64,000 bases of DNA from Pseudovirgaria hyperparasitica (Eukaryota). Of this stretch, positions 60,601 through 64,000 are shown in pieces. The notes beneath the pieces were generated by a model, which saw only the letters and a list, made by a program, of their open reading frames with translations, searched no databases and was not told where the DNA came from. Position numbers and translations under genes: made by a program. Each line of letters opens with the position of its first letter. Positions within the stretch are counted from its first letter, which is position 1. The stretch lies in assembly GCA_010093815.1 (NCBI GenBank), contig ML996565.1; one strand, written 5' to 3'.

Positions 60601-63600
60601 AAGGGAGATTGCACTCTTCCATCTTCTTCGGCTAACCACCAACCAGCGACTGGGCCCTATTCCAGTTGTCAGTAGTCTTTTCCGAACTATGACTTGAGTA
60701 TCAAGCTTCAATGGTATTGAAGTTCCCTCAGAATAAGGACACCATGCAAAGCTAGTAGAGCATCCATCTGCCGGTATCCGAGCACAGAGGAGTTGCTCGC
60801 AGCGCCGTTAGACGAATATCTCATATCTGTAGCAGATAGAGGACACGATAATTATCGGAACTGACTTACCATGACATAACTCATCATTTGTGTCACTATT
60901 TACATCAGCAGAACTCAGGGCAGATTACGATTGGCTGGATTTACCAGGGCAAAGCTCTTGCAAGAAAAGCTGACCGTTAGGCTTTAGAAGCGATCGAACG
61001 TTCGTCAAAGTGTCCTGGAGACAGGGTGTCGCATGCAGTACCTGCAAAAAAGTCTTAGATATTCCCGTGACTCCCTAATCAATTAGAGAACCTACATTCG
61101 AAGCTACAATGATATCATATCCCCCGGCGACGAATCCCTGTTTGCGTGGGTCCTTTGATATGTCGAGTACCTGATATTGAATACCTTCGTAGTGTTTGAA
61201 ACGTTCCTTAGCTGCGATGAAGAATCCAGATGATATGTCAGTGAAAGTGTATCTCCAATATAGTCTTTCACCATAATCAGAGCGCAGATGCTCCAAGAAT
61301 TTAGCTGTGATACCACCAGTGCCAGCACCAATTTCAAGAATTCTGAGTTGAGGATTGGCGTTTCCGTGTAGCTGCACATATTCTTTGATTTCTCGGATAT
61401 CGTTATACCAGTTGTGTATTCCAGTGAGGACACCATCCTCGAGAAGAATGTCCAGAAAACTCGTTTTACCTTCAAATACACTTACTGCATTCTTGTATGT
61501 TCGGTAAATCGCATTTGAATATGCCCACGCGCCGGCGGCTTCGCATTGCCGGAAATTTTCTTCAATAACCTGTTGACGTCTGCTAGGAGACATCTGCACC
61601 AGAGCCATAGAGTCTTCTACCAACGGATAATCTGGCTTCTGATATCGCTCATACTGAGCATTTATCCAAGATCGAAATTTGGCCAGATGAGGTTGAGCTG
61701 GGGTCAGGCTGGCGATGGCATGTCTCGTTTCGATAGCACAAAGGACCATCAGTCTTTCGCAGGATTGTATCAAGTCCCGCACATTGGATGTTATATGCAT
61801 CAAGTCACCTGCTGGGAGGAAATCTGGATGTGGCTTCCATTGAAGCCGTAAAGTGTGTAAGTCTGGCGGCTCTTTTGAGTCCAAGGCCCTCATAGCCTTG
61901 CCTCGAAAGCCCTTCAGGACATAGACAATATCACCACCATCAGTGACACCATATGAATTCCCCGTGAAAGTATCACCTCTCGTCGCTGCCGAACTTTTGA
62001 TTCGTATAGACTTTCTGGCTCCATCACCGACGTACAGCTCTTCAATGTGTGTAGGGAGGAACAATGTGTCGAAGTTTCGATATGTACCTTTTGCTTTTGC
62101 GACAGTCAATGACTGAAATACAAGGTCAAGTGTCGAAGGGTGGAGCATATAGGCTGATTCATGCCTTTCCTGTTCATCCAAAACGTCTACCGAAGCCACT
62201 TGGTCTGTAACACTCGCCGCTATATTCTTCAATCGAGCAAACTTCCCGGCATAGTTCAGACCGACCCGTGCCATTGCAGTGTACCATCGAGATGACGATA
62301 CTTTTCGATCAAGGATCGAGGGAGCTTTCTGTGGGAGTGGCGATGAACAGCCACCACAAACTCTCCCGGAACAGTGCTCATTCCAAGTAGTACCGTCATA
62401 CGTGGCGACCTGGAAAGAGAACCAGCGACTACCCACAGCCGAGATAGGTTTTTCTGTGTGAAAGCTTGTCACCATCTCAACAGCTTTATCTGCGTATAGA
62501 ACTAGAGCCTTGCTTATATCCATGTCTTGTACGGTGAAGTCCCTTTTCCCACTGAGCTGAAATATGGCCTCTCCAGCAATCGCAATATAGCCCGCCGCCG
62601 GAAATATGACATCAACGCCAACGCGATGATCATGTAGCCAAGGTACGTTCGTGATCTTCAGTATATTCCTCCAGCTGGGTGATGTATCGCATCCTTCTAC
62701 GATCCGAAGGCCAAGCAAGTCGTGTGGAAGATGCTTGCGGAACCTCCAGTTCTTCTGTATTCTGGTTTCAGACCAGTACTTCTTCTCGTAGTTCCAGGGA
62801 TAGTTTGGAAGATCATGAACAACCTTTTCAGGCCCGTGTGGATATCCTATTTTAACACCATGGCAATATAGGAGCCCTACCGAAGTTAGGAATGATATGG
62901 TATCGTCTTTACCACGATCCAGGACCGAGACATAGTTTATCTCTGTGCCGGCTGCCTTATAAATCTGTCTTAGTGGCCCAGAAAGCGCTGGATGAGGTCC
63001 AACTTCCAAGTGCACTCTACATTCCGGAGAGTCTGCCAGCAATGACTTAATAGCCGAGTGGAAAAGGACAGGGCTCTCTAGATTTTGCTGCCAATATAGG
63101 GGCCCAAAGTCTGAAGCTGACCGGAGGACTGTGCCTCTCACACTAGAATAGAATGGCACCGTAGGTGAAGTGGGTGACAAGTGCTTCGCAATAAGCTCAT
63201 AGTACTCCTGGCCGAAGAGACCCATGTGATCTAATCAGGTTAGCATAGAGTTAGATATATAACCATTCTGACAAGTAGAATCTTACAGGAATGATATGCC
63301 ATGTCAACTTGTAACTTCCTGACCAAAGTAAGTGGATTAGAGTCTTTAATGCTCAGCATCGTCTGTTCCAATGCGTCCAAGTCCCCTGAGAGCGTAATGC
63401 TAGAGCCACTGTTCTCACAGGCAATACAGACACCAGAATGGAGATATGGTGCAACATCCTCTCTGCTCATACCGACAGCAGCCATACCTCCTGCTTTCTT
63501 GGCTTCTTTACACACATGACCGCGATAGAATGCGGCGATGATTGCGGCATCCGCAGTCAATGCCCCTGCAGCGTACGCCGCAGCGAGCTCACCGCTTGAA

Positions 63601-64000
63601 TGTCCAACTACCGCGGAGGGAACGATGTTCCAGGTAGCCAAGAGGTTTATGAGTGCGATCTGTAAAGCAGTGCACACGGGCTGTGAGTATTGCGCCTCTA
63701 GGAGAAGCTTCCCGCTGGCTGCCGTGCATAGAACGTCTGGAAAAGGTTTGAGCTTTTGATGAATCCGTATTAATAAGTGTTCATGAGTTACCTTCGATAT
63801 TCCATGTGGGGCAGTGTGGTAGACTATGAATTATAGCATTCAACGAGCGAATGTCTTGCAGGAAGCTTGGATACTCTTGGGTAAGTAGACGGCCCATGGA
63901 AGCCCTATAAGAATCAGTCCGGTTTCTGAAGTCTAGACTGAAAGGAACTCACCACTGTGCACCCTGTCCGGTGAAGATGAAGGCAACTTGAGTAGGTCCC
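57626..64000 (-). CDS. Highly reducing iterative type I polyketide synthase, partial (AT-DH-cMT-ER-KR-ACP; KS lies beyond the window end)
   Basis: [38 protein letters not shown]. c[13 protein letters not shown] region present. [31 protein letters not shown]. Confidence 0.95.

Noticed and set aside
60657..60869. Unusually long (213-nt) PKS intron as an ncRNA or element host
   Set aside because: No boxes, terminal repeats or structure are visible.
1..64000. tRNA/rRNA genes and intact transposons
   Set aside because: None were recognised by eye. tRNAscan-SE and RepeatMasker would be needed to exclude them formally.

Overview
Eukaryotic, intron-rich DNA from a filamentous ascomycete (Pezizomycotina; inferred from ~50-nt introns with CTRAC-type branch points, a Zn2Cys6 factor, an HR-PKS and TpA-rich RIP-like tracts). 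I read about 25 genes by hand. In order: M28 glutamate carboxypeptidase (5'-partial), DUF262/GmrSD-like protein, glycine-zipper protein, type-B carboxylesterase, type II dehydroquinase, neutral ceramidase, SPF27, PLDc_N microprotein, PhoD, MFS transporter, GPI-anchored protein, Zn2Cys6 factor, a second MFS transporter with a premature stop, an unknown conserved protein, MAPEG, thioesterase, a 38-45 kb accessory island, Nnk1-like kinase, VAC8, microbial-type PARG, NAD kinase, and most of an HR-PKS (AT to ACP). The most interesting feature is the accessory island. It holds a ~1009-aa signal-less MACPF pore-former, a secreted 8-Cys knottin-like peptide and a 143-aa papain-fold (Tox-PL-like) Cys-His-Asp/Gln protein, bordered by a decayed fructosamine-3-kinase pseudogene. 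It is a candidate pore-former plus protease cell-death/toxin module. Also notable: an intron in the carboxylesterase gene that looks built from tandem copies of the adjacent exon sequence. All family calls come from motif recognition by eye; no database search was run.
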